DNA from: a virus
Taxonomy: Duplodnaviria; Caudoviricetes
Length of the DNA: 64,000 nucleotides
Strand: one strand, 5' to 3'
Virus record (IMG/VR): IMGVR_UViG_3300035208_007487
The notes beneath the pieces were generated by a model. That model saw only the letters and a program-made list of their open reading frames with translations, did not search any database and was not told where the DNA came from. Positions 47,854-57,984 of the stretch are shown piece by piece (positions within the stretch are counted from its first letter, which is position 1; every line of letters starts with the position of its first letter). Position numbers and translations under genes: made by a program.

Positions 47854-48296
47854 ATAATAATATGACTGAAGCCGATGCTTTTTTGGAAAAATATGACATT
47901 AATCGCTCAATTAGAGGATTGATTAGTGATATTAATTGGTTAAATATCACTAATAATTCTAAGGAATATTTGGAAACTAGACTTCCAGAAATAAGTGAAA
48001 AATTCAATAAAGCTATTGATGATCTGCAAAAATTAAGAATAGAATTGATTAGCAAATGGGCTACTGAATCGGGTCTATCTTTTTCTATTGAAGTATCTGA
48101 ATATGAATGGTTTTATTATGCAGATGCTAAAGAAACTCCAATGTGCATAATTAAAGATAAGGGTTTTAGATATATTAATGGAAAACTAGTTAATCAGCCA
48201 TTAACCGATAGGTGGATGGTAAGTAAAACAGTTGATGGATTAAAATATATAGTAAGCCACAAAATATTACCATTAAGTAAAATGTCAAAGGAGTAA
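47850..48296 (+). CDS. hypothetical protein
   Basis: ATGA-coupled ORF. Confidence 0.65.
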   Translation: MNNNMTEADAFLEKYDINRSIRGLISDINWLNITNNSKEYLETRLPEISEKFNKAIDDLQKLRIELISKWATESGLSFSIEVSEYEWFYYADAKETPMCIIKDKGFRYINGKLVNQPLTDRWMVSKTVDGLKYIVSHKILPLSKMSKE

Positions 48297-48299
48297 ATC

Positions 48300-49154
48300 A
48301 TGAGTCTTCAGAAATTAGAAAATGAAATTCTAGATAAATTAGAATCATATATAAAACATTTTAAGCCTGAAATTTTAGATAAGAGCCAATTTGTAATAAT
48401 TGCAGATATTGATGACATATTAGTTGGAAATTTTACAAATATTAGGGCTGAAGTTTTATATAGAATTAATTATGTATTAGTTTTCAAATATGATTCGGAT
48501 ATATATTCGGTTAATATTAATACGGGTATAGATATTAGTGAGGCACTTCTTTGGAGTAATTATGGGGTGCGCTTTATTGAGAATAATAAAGTAGCAATTG
48601 GATTTAGTAATTATGATGTTAGGGAGGCTATATACTTTGATGGGCCTACTTATTATAATGTAGATATTAAGAATATTATTAAGATATACGAAGATGAAAT
48701 TAGTAGAGGATTTATTACTAATATTAATTTAAATAATTGCTCAATTTATGAAGAACGTATTGATAAATTTACTAGTCATGAAGATATGATTAATAAATTT
48801 ACCATTGAAACTAGTTTATTAAAAAATCATACAGTAACTCAAGTTGAATTTTTTAATGTAAATGGTTTGAATTATATTGGCTATCTGTTTGTAAATGGAT
48901 GGGATTATATTTGTAGAGTAGTTAAATTACATTTAGATAATTTTGAATATGAAGATATTGATAGCGATGGTGATTTAATTCCAATTAATGACTTTATTTC
49001 AGCTATTGAAGAAGGATTACTATTACCAAGTGATGGGTTTGGAATGGTATGTAGTTCCACTCAAATGAGCAATATTGAAATAAGCCCCCTATTAAAATAT
49101 ACTAAAATTAAATTTCCAGATTGGGCTAAGTCAATTTGCTGGTATAATAGATAA
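48300..49154 (+). CDS. hypothetical protein
   Basis: AAGGAG RBS; C-terminal DG.G...FPDWA..I.WYNR. Confidence 0.7.
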   Translation: MSLQKLENEILDKLESYIKHFKPEILDKSQFVIIADIDDILVGNFTNIRAEVLYRINYVLVFKYDSDIYSVNINTGIDISEALLWSNYGVRFIENNKVAIGFSNYDVREAIYFDGPTYYNVDIKNIIKIYEDEISRGFITNINLNNCSIYEERIDKFTSHEDMINKFTIETSLLKNHTVTQVEFFNVNGLNYIGYLFVNGWDYICRVVKLHLDNFEYEDIDSDGDLIPINDFISAIEEGLLLPSDGFGMVCSSTQMSNIEISPLLKYTKIKFPDWAKSICWYNR

Positions 49155-49366
49155 TGATTGATGTCACAAATTATCCTCAATTACTTGCCAAAGAATTAGC
49201 AGGTAAAGTTGATTTTATGAAATGCAATTTATGCAAAGGCATTGGATATATAAATTACGAAGATGAAGGAAATGATATAATTTCAGGTGAGAGTAAAAAT
49301 CTTAATAGAATAAATAAAGAGTGTTCAAATTGTGAAGGTTTGGGATTTGTAGTAAAGGAGTTTTAA
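49154..49366 (+). CDS. DnaJ-type Zn-finger miniprotein
   Basis: CNLCKGIG and CSNCEGLG. Confidence 0.7.
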   Translation: MIDVTNYPQLLAKELAGKVDFMKCNLCKGIGYINYEDEGNDIISGESKNLNRINKECSNCEGLGFVVKEF

Positions 49367-49367
49367 A

Positions 49368-49808
49368 ATGAGTAAAAAATGCTATGCAATTAAATTTTTA
49401 ACTAATGATGGCAATGGCCCTTATTATGAATATGATTTATCTGGGAATTGGAATGTTACAGATAGTGATAGAACTGTTTGCTGTTGCCGCTATGGATTGC
49501 ATGCTTGTTTAATTACATCTTTATCATATTATTATCGTGATACTAGCCGGCGTTCAAAAAATAGGGCATTTATTGTAGAATTAGGCGGGCGCATTGATAT
49601 AGATATTGATTCACCTAACGACCAGACTGCTAAAATAGCGGCTGAAAAGATGAGATTTATTGGCGAGATTCCTTTGGTATATTTAAGATTTAAAGGAATT
49701 TCTGATTTTATTAATAAAATTAAAATTTATTTTATTGCTAAAACATATGGAGTGCTAAATGTTAAACAAGCTAAAAAATTACCTACATTAATTGAAGTAG
49801 AAGAATGA
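49368..49808 (+). CDS. CxxGFH-family paralog
   Basis: CRYGLHAC...AFIVELGG...KIAAEKMRFIGEI. Confidence 0.78.
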   Translation: MSKKCYAIKFLTNDGNGPYYEYDLSGNWNVTDSDRTVCCCRYGLHACLITSLSYYYRDTSRRSKNRAFIVELGGRIDIDIDSPNDQTAKIAAEKMRFIGEIPLVYLRFKGISDFINKIKIYFIAKTYGVLNVKQAKKLPTLIEVEE

Positions 49809-50129
49809 TAATGAGTACACTACATGATCAAGTTTATGATGAATTTATAAAAATCTTACTTAATAGAGGGTTAGGATTCAAGCTAGGCAAAGAGAGCGCA
49901 AAGGTTTAGTGGTTGAATTTTAATTATTTTTTAATTATATTTTAATGATGAAGCATCTCACCCGAAGCCAGCTTGAAGCCCTATCAACTCCAACTCTTTT
50001 AGCTTATAAAAGAGATCGCATACCTTCTAAAATTATTAATAAAACTGATGTTAGTATGTATGAAACCCATTGTCATATTAAAGAAATATTAACCATTAGA
50101 AAACAAGTTAATCTAGAGGAAATAGATTC

Positions 50130-50654
50130 ATGCCATTTGAATTAAGCGCAATAATATATGGAGTATTTGGTATATTTAATGGGCTACTTGTTGCCATTTT
50201 AATTAATAAAGGATACAAAGAATATCCAAATAAGTATAGTTTAATTATAAGCTATACTTTATATGTATTAGGTGGATTTATTTCATCTGCAATATTATTT
50301 CTTCAAATATTAGCTAGTGATACTGAAGCAATTCAGAGCTTTAAAGGTAAGATAAGTTCAAAACATCTTTGCGATTATAGATATTGCTTAAATCATAAAG
50401 TAGGTAATTATATTTGGGATTTAAATGTTAATGATATATTAATTGTAGACGATGTTGAATATGTATTAGTAACTAAAGATAATGTGTTTTTTGATTATCC
50501 AATTCCAGGCGTTAATACTTGGTTTTATACTTTTGATAATAATTATAAAATAGATAATAGCGATTGGTTTACTTTGGCAATAGATGACAAAGAAAAGCGA
50601 ATTACTATGGCAATGCCTTCTTGCTTAATTGATGAACAGGATGATGATGACTAA
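50130..50654 (+). CDS. membrane protein
   Basis: two N-terminal TM segments. Confidence 0.65.
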   Translation: MPFELSAIIYGVFGIFNGLLVAILINKGYKEYPNKYSLIISYTLYVLGGFISSAILFLQILASDTEAIQSFKGKISSKHLCDYRYCLNHKVGNYIWDLNVNDILIVDDVEYVLVTKDNVFFDYPIPGVNTWFYTFDNNYKIDNSDWFTLAIDDKEKRITMAMPSCLIDEQDDDD

Positions 50655-51414
50655 TACAATTAATAACTATGTTGAAGAATTAATTAAAGCTAGAATTACT
50701 TCTAGAATTAAGCACATTGAATTAGCTAAAATAATGGATATTCTAGGAGTAACATCATTATATATTTGTGGTAATTCATTAAATGCTGAAGTCCCAAATG
50801 ATTATGATATATATTTACTAGAAGATGATTCATTTCGCTTGCATGATTTAAGCTCTAATGAATTATTTAAAGTTAAAATAGAGAAAATTGGATACAAAAT
50901 TACTAGTAGCACTAAAAATGCAGTAACTTTAAAAAATAATTCAGTTATATTACAAATCTGTTTATATCATAAACCTACTTTAAAAGAATTAGTTGATTCA
51001 TTTGATTTTACATATTGCCAAGTTGGAGTAGAAGTATCGTTTGATTGGCTTAATGTTTTAAATATATCTGATGAATATTTTACTTTTGGATATTTGGAAT
51101 TCTTAACATCTAGAGTAACACATTACACGGGATCGGAATATCCAATTTCTTCATTATTGAGATTATTTAAGGTTAAAGATAAAGGATATTTACCTGGAAA
51201 TTTACATATACGTGAATTAATTACAATATTGATTGAAATTGTAGAACGTGGATTTGATGATTATGATGATTTTAAGGATCAACTTGATGCAATTGATTTA
51301 GGATTATTATCTGAAGATTTAAATAGCATTGATAAAAATAATTTATTGAAGTTATTTATTTTAATGGGGAAAGATAAGGAATCGGTTGAAGCCAGCAAAG
51401 AATTTCTTGAATAG
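50647..51414 (+). CDS. nucleotidyltransferase (CCA-adding/poly(A) polymerase head-like)
   Basis: LYICGNSL...NDYDIY (DxD)...QI...LVDSFDFTYCQ. Confidence 0.7.
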   Translation: MTNTINNYVEELIKARITSRIKHIELAKIMDILGVTSLYICGNSLNAEVPNDYDIYLLEDDSFRLHDLSSNELFKVKIEKIGYKITSSTKNAVTLKNNSVILQICLYHKPTLKELVDSFDFTYCQVGVEVSFDWLNVLNISDEYFTFGYLEFLTSRVTHYTGSEYPISSLLRLFKVKDKGYLPGNLHIRELITILIEIVERGFDDYDDFKDQLDAIDLGLLSEDLNSIDKNNLLKLFILMGKDKESVEASKEFLE

Positions 51415-51555
51415 AGCTTGATTTTAGCCCTTTAGAATGGATAATTTTATGCTTCCAAAGAACTGCTCCACCCAGCTATTAAGGTGCTTTAAAAGGCTTA
51501 AATTTTTAATTACATTTAGGTTTTAGAAGCCCACCTCAGTTCAAAAGGAAACAAA

Positions 51556-52404
51556 TTGACTCTCACAGAAAAAATTAAATCATTCTATTCAGGTTGGACT
51601 AACTTGGATTTTGATGATTTTGTTAAGATATTTACTCTAATTTTTTTGCCCTTTACTGCAATTGCGACATTCATTCATCTGCAATTCCGTATGGCTACAA
51701 AAGTTGTAAATACTTGTAGCAATACTAGTATTTCATTAATTGGAATAGCTCCGGTTGAAATAGCTAATTTAATATTCAGCCTTTGGTTTGGTATGGTAAT
51801 TGCACTTATCTTATCAGTACTATTGTTTATCGCTAAAGAAATAGTGGGAGCAGTTGGAGAGCTGTTTGGCGTTAATGATCCTCCAAAAGAAAAAGAAGAA
51901 AATTTTAATTATGTTATTCCAAATACTACTTCAAGATTGACTAGATTAGGTAGAGTTATTAGATATTATGCTAAAAAAGTTTTATATACTTCATTAATAC
52001 ATCCTGGGCTAATTTGTATGGAAGGTTACCTCTTATTAGTAGTTTTTGGATTGCTTGGATGGTTCTTACCAATTGATACTTGCTTAAATACTGAGGGCAA
52101 ACAGCTAGCTAAACTAGGCGACTTATTCGCATTGTTATTCTTAGGTGTAGGTGCCATTTATTTAATAGCAAAATTAGATATATATAATAATATTGTAAAG
52201 AAATTGCCAGCTAATGTATTTAAGTCATTGTCAGATTTTTGGTTTTATATTGATATTATTGTTGATTTTGAGAAGGAAACTCGATATGATTTATTTAAAG
52301 ATCCAATTGAGAATGTTTGCAAAAAATATGATGATTTAATAATTACCACATGTCCACATATGCTTCTGTTAGTAATCAGACAAATACTTGGGCAATTAGA
52401 TTAA
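51556..52404 (+). CDS. multi-pass membrane protein
   Basis: four hydrophobic segments; AAGGA RBS, TTG start. Confidence 0.7.
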   Translation: MTLTEKIKSFYSGWTNLDFDDFVKIFTLIFLPFTAIATFIHLQFRMATKVVNTCSNTSISLIGIAPVEIANLIFSLWFGMVIALILSVLLFIAKEIVGAVGELFGVNDPPKEKEENFNYVIPNTTSRLTRLGRVIRYYAKKVLYTSLIHPGLICMEGYLLLVVFGLLGWFLPIDTCLNTEGKQLAKLGDLFALLFLGVGAIYLIAKLDIYNNIVKKLPANVFKSLSDFWFYIDIIVDFEKETRYDLFKDPIENVCKKYDDLIITTCPHMLLLVIRQILGQLD

Positions 52405-52627
52405 ATCAAGACAATATAAATCTATCTTCATTTAGCTATCATAAAGATGGCTGCAAACAGGTATACATCAAATATGATAAGTTTGATGATATTGCTCATA
52501 TTATTAACTCAGTTGCTATTCTATTTGAATCAATGATAAAAGAAGACTTAGGTCCAAGTAATAAAAAGGCTATTGATTCTATCAATGAACCTGAATATTC
52601 AAATCCACATACCGAGGATAATAACTC

Positions 52628-52867
52628 ATGAAAAATCTAATCGCTTTAATGCTGTTAAGTTTGGCTCTAGTTGGCTGTGCTGAATCTAAATCAATTAATA
52701 ACAAAGTAATTCCTCCTTATGGATTGTTCAATGAACAAGCTGAAAAAGTCCCAGGAGTTGTATATGAAATTAGTGCTCCTGATATTATCGTAGCTATTAT
52801 ATTCTGCGAAACAATTGTAGTTCCAGTGTATATTTTTGGTTGGGATATGTATCAGCCTGTTAGGTAA
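52628..52867 (+). CDS. small phage lipoprotein
   Basis: lipobox LVGC; PYGLFN...V.YE....IIF.ETIVVP. Confidence 0.8.
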   Translation: MKNLIALMLLSLALVGCAESKSINNKVIPPYGLFNEQAEKVPGVVYEISAPDIIVAIIFCETIVVPVYIFGWDMYQPVR

Positions 52868-52870
52868 AAT

Positions 52871-53557
52871 ATGGTATATAATAAATCGTTCATTAAAATT
52901 GATGGAGTAGTTGTCAAAAACTACTCCTTTACTTATAAACAAGTATTAACTTGTTACAATAAAACATTTTTACAAACTAATGAAGCTAGTGCGCTTAGGT
53001 GTAAAGTATCTCCATTTGAAAGATTAATTCTTATTTGCGATGGTGCTAAACAACCTAGTCCTATCAAGCCTAGTGTATGGCGAATCGGTGATGAATATTG
53101 GCAAAATGAATTTCATATAACTTTTTCAGATATTAAGACTGGGAATTATATTGCGAAATTTGATTTAGAGTATTTTTATTTTACTCCAAGTGAATTAAAT
53201 TTGGATATGATAATTAATGCTGATCTATTGAAAAAAATCAAGCTTCGGGCTAAATCATTTAGATTAAATGAAGAAATATTACATAGATTATATGTCAGGA
53301 TTGAATTGTATTTTAATAATACTAAAGCTAATGGCTATATCGGAGCTAATGAATGGATAATGTTTATTGCGCATGGAGCATATCCTGTATTTTTTAAAGA
53401 TGTTAAAAAATACAATGAATTTTTAGAAGAGATATTAGTTAAATCTAAAAATGGAGATAATTCCAATAAATATAGCTATTTTAATGTTACCCCAACTATT
53501 TTACAATTATTCAAAAAATATAAATTTGTAGAAAAGGCTGAATATGTTAAGCAATAA
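52871..53557 (+). CDS. hypothetical protein
   Basis: operonic ORF. Confidence 0.65.
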   Translation: MVYNKSFIKIDGVVVKNYSFTYKQVLTCYNKTFLQTNEASALRCKVSPFERLILICDGAKQPSPIKPSVWRIGDEYWQNEFHITFSDIKTGNYIAKFDLEYFYFTPSELNLDMIINADLLKKIKLRAKSFRLNEEILHRLYVRIELYFNNTKANGYIGANEWIMFIAHGAYPVFFKDVKKYNEFLEEILVKSKNGDNSNKYSYFNVTPTILQLFKKYKFVEKAEYVKQ

Positions 53558-54230
53558 ATATCCTAAAGGTTCATTTGATCGCACCCAACCATATGAATGC
53601 CATATGAAGGTAATACAATATGATGGAATAGATATAAAAATATTTGATAATGTGCCTTTTAAACAACGCTCATTTTATAACTGCTTATATGATGGAGGAT
53701 TAGAATTTAATATATCATATTCTCCACATGAAATTAATACAGTTATTCATGTATTTGGAAATCCTGAATCATATCTTGTTGAAAATAATGATACTTATGT
53801 ATTAGCAATTATTACTAATATTGATGCCAAAGTTCAACAAATTAATATGCTTAAAGTTGCGTTAATTAATACTTATATTCAAAGTATATTAGATAAAGCT
53901 AAAATAATTAATAGTAATATTACTAAACATAGTAAAATGTGCAATGAAGTCTTTAATAAAAATCTATTTAATGAATATAATAAGCTATTTAAATTAGGTA
54001 GCAAAGTTAGGATAAACATTAAACATTCTGAAAAAATAGAGCCCTGGCTTATTAAAGAATTATGTGGAGCAACTGGTACAATTTCAGAAATTATAAATAT
54101 TGAAGATATTAATGAAGATGAAATAATGCCTTGGGATCTATATTCAAGATATTATGTTAAATTAGATGCAAGAACTAAGTTCGATAAAACAGAAATGTAT
54201 TTTGATGCAATTGATTTAGAATTAATTTAG
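53544..54230 (+). CDS. hypothetical protein with SH3-like C-terminus
   Basis: FKLGSKVRI...GATGTI...YYVKLD. Confidence 0.65.
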   Translation: MLSNKYPKGSFDRTQPYECHMKVIQYDGIDIKIFDNVPFKQRSFYNCLYDGGLEFNISYSPHEINTVIHVFGNPESYLVENNDTYVLAIITNIDAKVQQINMLKVALINTYIQSILDKAKIINSNITKHSKMCNEVFNKNLFNEYNKLFKLGSKVRINIKHSEKIEPWLIKELCGATGTISEIINIEDINEDEIMPWDLYSRYYVKLDARTKFDKTEMYFDAIDLELI

Positions 54231-54834
54231 TTATAATTAATGCATGTACAATTCAATTACGATAGTTAGTGAAGAAATTATTCAAGATCGTATTAAAACA
54301 TTTAGATTAGAAGGTAGTGCTAAATTGCATGAAATCTTTAAAAAACAGATTAAATTAGGCACTATCATTTATCCTCCTCATATCTCTACTAGTGGAGATG
54401 GTAAATGGTAGGTAATACTGATATTATTAAAATATCCAAAAAAGATTTAAGTAGGCTAATTTACGAAGCTTATAAATCAGGTTGGGATAATAGTAATGAT
54501 AATAGAGATGAATTTTATGGAATGAATTATTATCCACCTATTAAAGGGATTAATGATTTTTTTAATGAATCTAAAATATGTGAAAAATTAAAATACTTAT
54601 TAAAAAATAATAAAGGCATTGTTACATGAAATATTCAAATATATTAATAGCTATTGCTTCAATTAGCGTTGGATTAATTATAGCTAAGAAAATTAAATTA
54701 CCTATTATTTCTACTCTTAGATTTAAGAAGCCTTCAAAAGAAGAAAAGGCTGCATTAGAAATTCATGGAGTTGATATTAAAAAAATGCAGGATGAAATTT
54801 TTGAGTATGAAATTAATATAGCAAAGAAAAACAT

Positions 54835-55224
54835 ATGAATGATGAGTTTATTGAATATCTTAGTAAAATATATGGAAAATTATATATAGATAGACTATTA
54901 GATACTCAATCATTTAATTTTTATGACAGCGCTAAATCATTTGAATTTAGTAATATTTTTAAGTGTATTAGTAAAATTAATATTATATGGAAATGTCTTA
55001 ATGTTGATTTAGAATTGGTTCAATTATTTAGACGAAATTTACGTGATAATTTTAGATGCTATAGATATGTATATGATGATAATTCTAAGAATGGCAAATT
55101 AATTGATTATAAATTTGAAATCAATAATGAACTAGTGTGTGAAACCAATCCTAGAAAATCTATCATAAATCTAGATGTTGACAGGTTAAATTCATTTATT
55201 AATAATTATAAGTTCACTAAATAA
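54835..55224 (+). CDS. hypothetical protein
   Basis: operonic ORF. Confidence 0.6.
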   Translation: MNDEFIEYLSKIYGKLYIDRLLDTQSFNFYDSAKSFEFSNIFKCISKINIIWKCLNVDLELVQLFRRNLRDNFRCYRYVYDDNSKNGKLIDYKFEINNELVCETNPRKSIINLDVDRLNSFINNYKFTK

Positions 55225-55276
55225 TATTTGTTAGAATTTACACAGTGCAAGTAGCACAAAAAAAGGAAAAAATATA

Positions 55277-55513
55277 ATGAGTATGTTTAAATTAGTCCCA
55301 GCTTTAGCTCTTAGTCTCGGCATGACTTTCGCCCTTGGTGCATGCCAGAAGAACGCTGTAGTGGCTGGAACCGATAGCACTAAGGTTGACAGCGTTAAAG
55401 TGGATACTGCTAATACAGATACTACTAAGGTAGATACTTCCAAGGTAGTAGCCAAGAAGGATACAACTAAAGCCGTTAAATCTGCTAAAGTTGTTAAAGC
55501 TGCTAAAAAGTAA
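55277..55513 (+). CDS. small lipoprotein with DTTKVD repeats
   Basis: lipobox LGAC; DSTKVDSVKVDTANTDTTKVDTSK; own terminator at 55538-55565. Confidence 0.85.
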   Translation: MSMFKLVPALALSLGMTFALGACQKNAVVAGTDSTKVDSVKVDTANTDTTKVDTSKVVAKKDTTKAVKSAKVVKAAKK

Positions 55514-55566
55514 TTAAATAATTAAAGTTATTTAATTGAGCCTCTAAGTAATTAGAGGCTTTTTTG

Positions 55567-55953
55567 TTAGAATAATTTCTTATTAGTAACTAAATTAAGG
55601 GCTGAAATTAATTTAGCTTTTTTAACAATTATTTCACTTCCACCAGTGGCCGCATCTTGTTCATTTGGATCGCCTTTAACTAAATCAGATATTATATGAT
55701 ATTCATAAGTTAAAAGTAATGAAGGCAAATCACTTTCATCTTCTGGTTCAGAATAGTAATAATCTGTAGCAAATTTAGGGCTAGTTGCCAAATACATATT
55801 TCCAGTTGCTATTGAATTTTTTCTTAATGGATATTTTACAGTATTATCAGCTAGGCTAAGTGCATCTTTGCCATCAAATAATACAACCTTATATCCATAT
55901 CTAATATCATTATTGCTCTCTTCATATAAACAGTCATTGTATAGAAGTTTCAT
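55567..55953 (-). CDS. MK..YE-tag protein, ART-like fold
   Basis: TATAAATA upstream; MKLLYNDCLYE; YK...MYLATSPKFA...SEIIV. Confidence 0.65.
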   Translation of the reverse strand: MKLLYNDCLYEESNNDIRYGYKVVLFDGKDALSLADNTVKYPLRKNSIATGNMYLATSPKFATDYYYSEPEDESDLPSLLLTYEYHIISDLVKGDPNEQDAATGGSEIIVKKAKLISALNLVTNKKLF

Positions 55954-56022
55954 AATTAATATTTATATACTCTGAGGCCCAAAAAACTTTACGAGTATTT
56001 TTAATTTAATTATTACTAAGAT

Positions 56023-56496
56023 ATGGCTACTGCAATCTCAATTGAACCAGATGAAGATACTAAAGGATTCTTGGCTGGATTTATTATTTTTGCTTTAATA
56101 ACTAATTTCTTTTTTGTGCAAGTGTGGGGGCCTGATATTAAAGCTGATCTTTTCAATAAAGGATTTAGGCAATATCAATTAACTTCAATTGCATATGGAA
56201 CTAATGAAAATAAACAAGTTATTAAATCTATTAAAGGCTATTATTTAGATAATAATGATCTATATAATCGTAATCAGGCTGGCAATATGGATGTTCCCAC
56301 TAATTGGTATAATACTAATATAATATATAAAGAAGAAGCAACTGGATTATTTGGAATTATACTGATGGAATTATTTAATCTTTTAGTTTGCCTTCTTCCT
56401 TCAATAATTTGCCAGAAATTATTTGCTCAATGTTTCTTAAATAATAGAATTAATAAAAATAGAAAAGAATATATCGTGAAAGGTAAAATAGCATGA
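56023..56496 (+). CDS. membrane protein
   Basis: two TM segments. Confidence 0.65.
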   Translation: MATAISIEPDEDTKGFLAGFIIFALITNFFFVQVWGPDIKADLFNKGFRQYQLTSIAYGTNENKQVIKSIKGYYLDNNDLYNRNQAGNMDVPTNWYNTNIIYKEEATGLFGIILMELFNLLVCLLPSIICQKLFAQCFLNNRINKNRKEYIVKGKIA

Positions 56497-57671
56497 ACAT
56501 CCTAGATATTGAAGAACGTAGGATTAAGCTACCTAAAGCTGAATCTTATGAAGTGCAAGATAAAAAAATAAGATTAGAAATTCTTAAAAAGAAATTATCT
56601 GATCCTGAATTATTGGAGTTTGAAAAAGCACAAATTCGAGCCAATATAAAGGAATTAGAGCATTCAATTAAAGCTGAGGGTTATTAGCAGCAGGTTAATC
56701 TCTAAATAAAAGTATGCAAAGTTATGTAAAAAGGATATAAATTTGCATATTTTTAATTTTAATGAAAAAATAAGATATTTGCAGTAATTTTTTGTTATAC
56801 TTAATATTAGATGAAGAGGTGGTTGTAAGACCGCCACATCAAGCAAAAACCACGCTTGATGATTCAACATCTGACTGTTGGCCTTTGACCAACAAATCCG
56901 ACTAGAAATAGTCAAAAAGTTGTGTAAATACAACAATTGTACTTGAAAAACAGTACTGGATACGGGAAGTTCTCCCGGAATCCGGCTTTGCTTAGGCAAA
57001 GCCTGACGCTTGCAGAGATTGGAGGTTTCAGTTTGGTGAAAGTCAAACAGTGCTGGTCGTTGAAGCAAGAAATCAAAAGTACAAAATCAGGCTTGCCTAG
57101 TTTTGCACACTTTTGGTGGAACGGCTTGAATGTTACTAAAATGGATTCACGTTATGACCGAATTGATATGGACTATGTAGAGAAGATACGAATATTCAGT
57201 AAATCACTTGGTAAATATGTTCCAAGATTTGCAATATATAAGTTAAGTGAATCTAAATTAAGAATGATAATAAATTGTCAATGTGATCATCATCATTCAA
57301 AAGATGTATATGAAACTAATGTATATCCTAGTGAATTAAATCAAGATAATTATTCAGATATTATGGGTGAAACACTCTTAACAAGAATTTGCAAATCTTA
57401 TTTCAGTGAAGAAAATGAGGTAATTAAATATACCCACGAATTTAAGGGATTATTTCCAGATGAAGTTCGTAAAATAATTAAAGAATGTGGATTCCAATTA
57501 GACCAGCTATTTCTCATTGAAGAGTCTTATGCTTGGAATTGCACAGTTGAGAGAATAAATCCTGATCCTATTATTGTGGGTTTATACCAAAATTACTTTT
57601 ATTATATTTGTTCATTTGATATAACATCAATGGAGCAATTTGTTTTAACTGAAAAGACTACTCATGTTTGA
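56493..57671 (+). pseudogene. single gene split by the 444-bp element
   Basis: removing 56681-57124 gives in-frame ...HSIKAEG-LNVTKMDSRY... Confidence 0.75.
56681..57124 (+). mobile_element. 444-bp non-autonomous IS607-type element, copy 2
   Basis: AGGG|TTATTAGCAGC...GAACGG; near-identical to 39711-40154. Confidence 0.85.
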
Positions 57672-57975
57672 TTTTACTAGTGAGCATCTAGAAGATGATA
57701 TTAAAAAATATTTAATTGCTTCTGATTTTTTACTCTATATGAAAGATACTTTATTCATAAGAACAATTACCGAAAAAGAATCAAAAACTGAAGCAACTAA
57801 TATTGGTGCAAGTTATGTATCCCTGGTACTAAATTCAAGTTTTGAAGTATTTTCAAAAATTGCTAAACATTGTAGTAATATAATTAAATTAAATGATACC
57901 ATTTGCTTTGCTTGTTTAGTTGAAGAAATTGAATACGTGTTTTTTGTAAATAAATCATCCGCACATACTAGATAG
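57664..57975 (+). CDS. hypothetical protein
   Basis: operonic ORF. Confidence 0.6.
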   Translation: MFDFTSEHLEDDIKKYLIASDFLLYMKDTLFIRTITEKESKTEATNIGASYVSLVLNSSFEVFSKIAKHCSNIIKLNDTICFACLVEEIEYVFFVNKSSAHTR

Positions 57976-57984
57976 AAGGAACCA

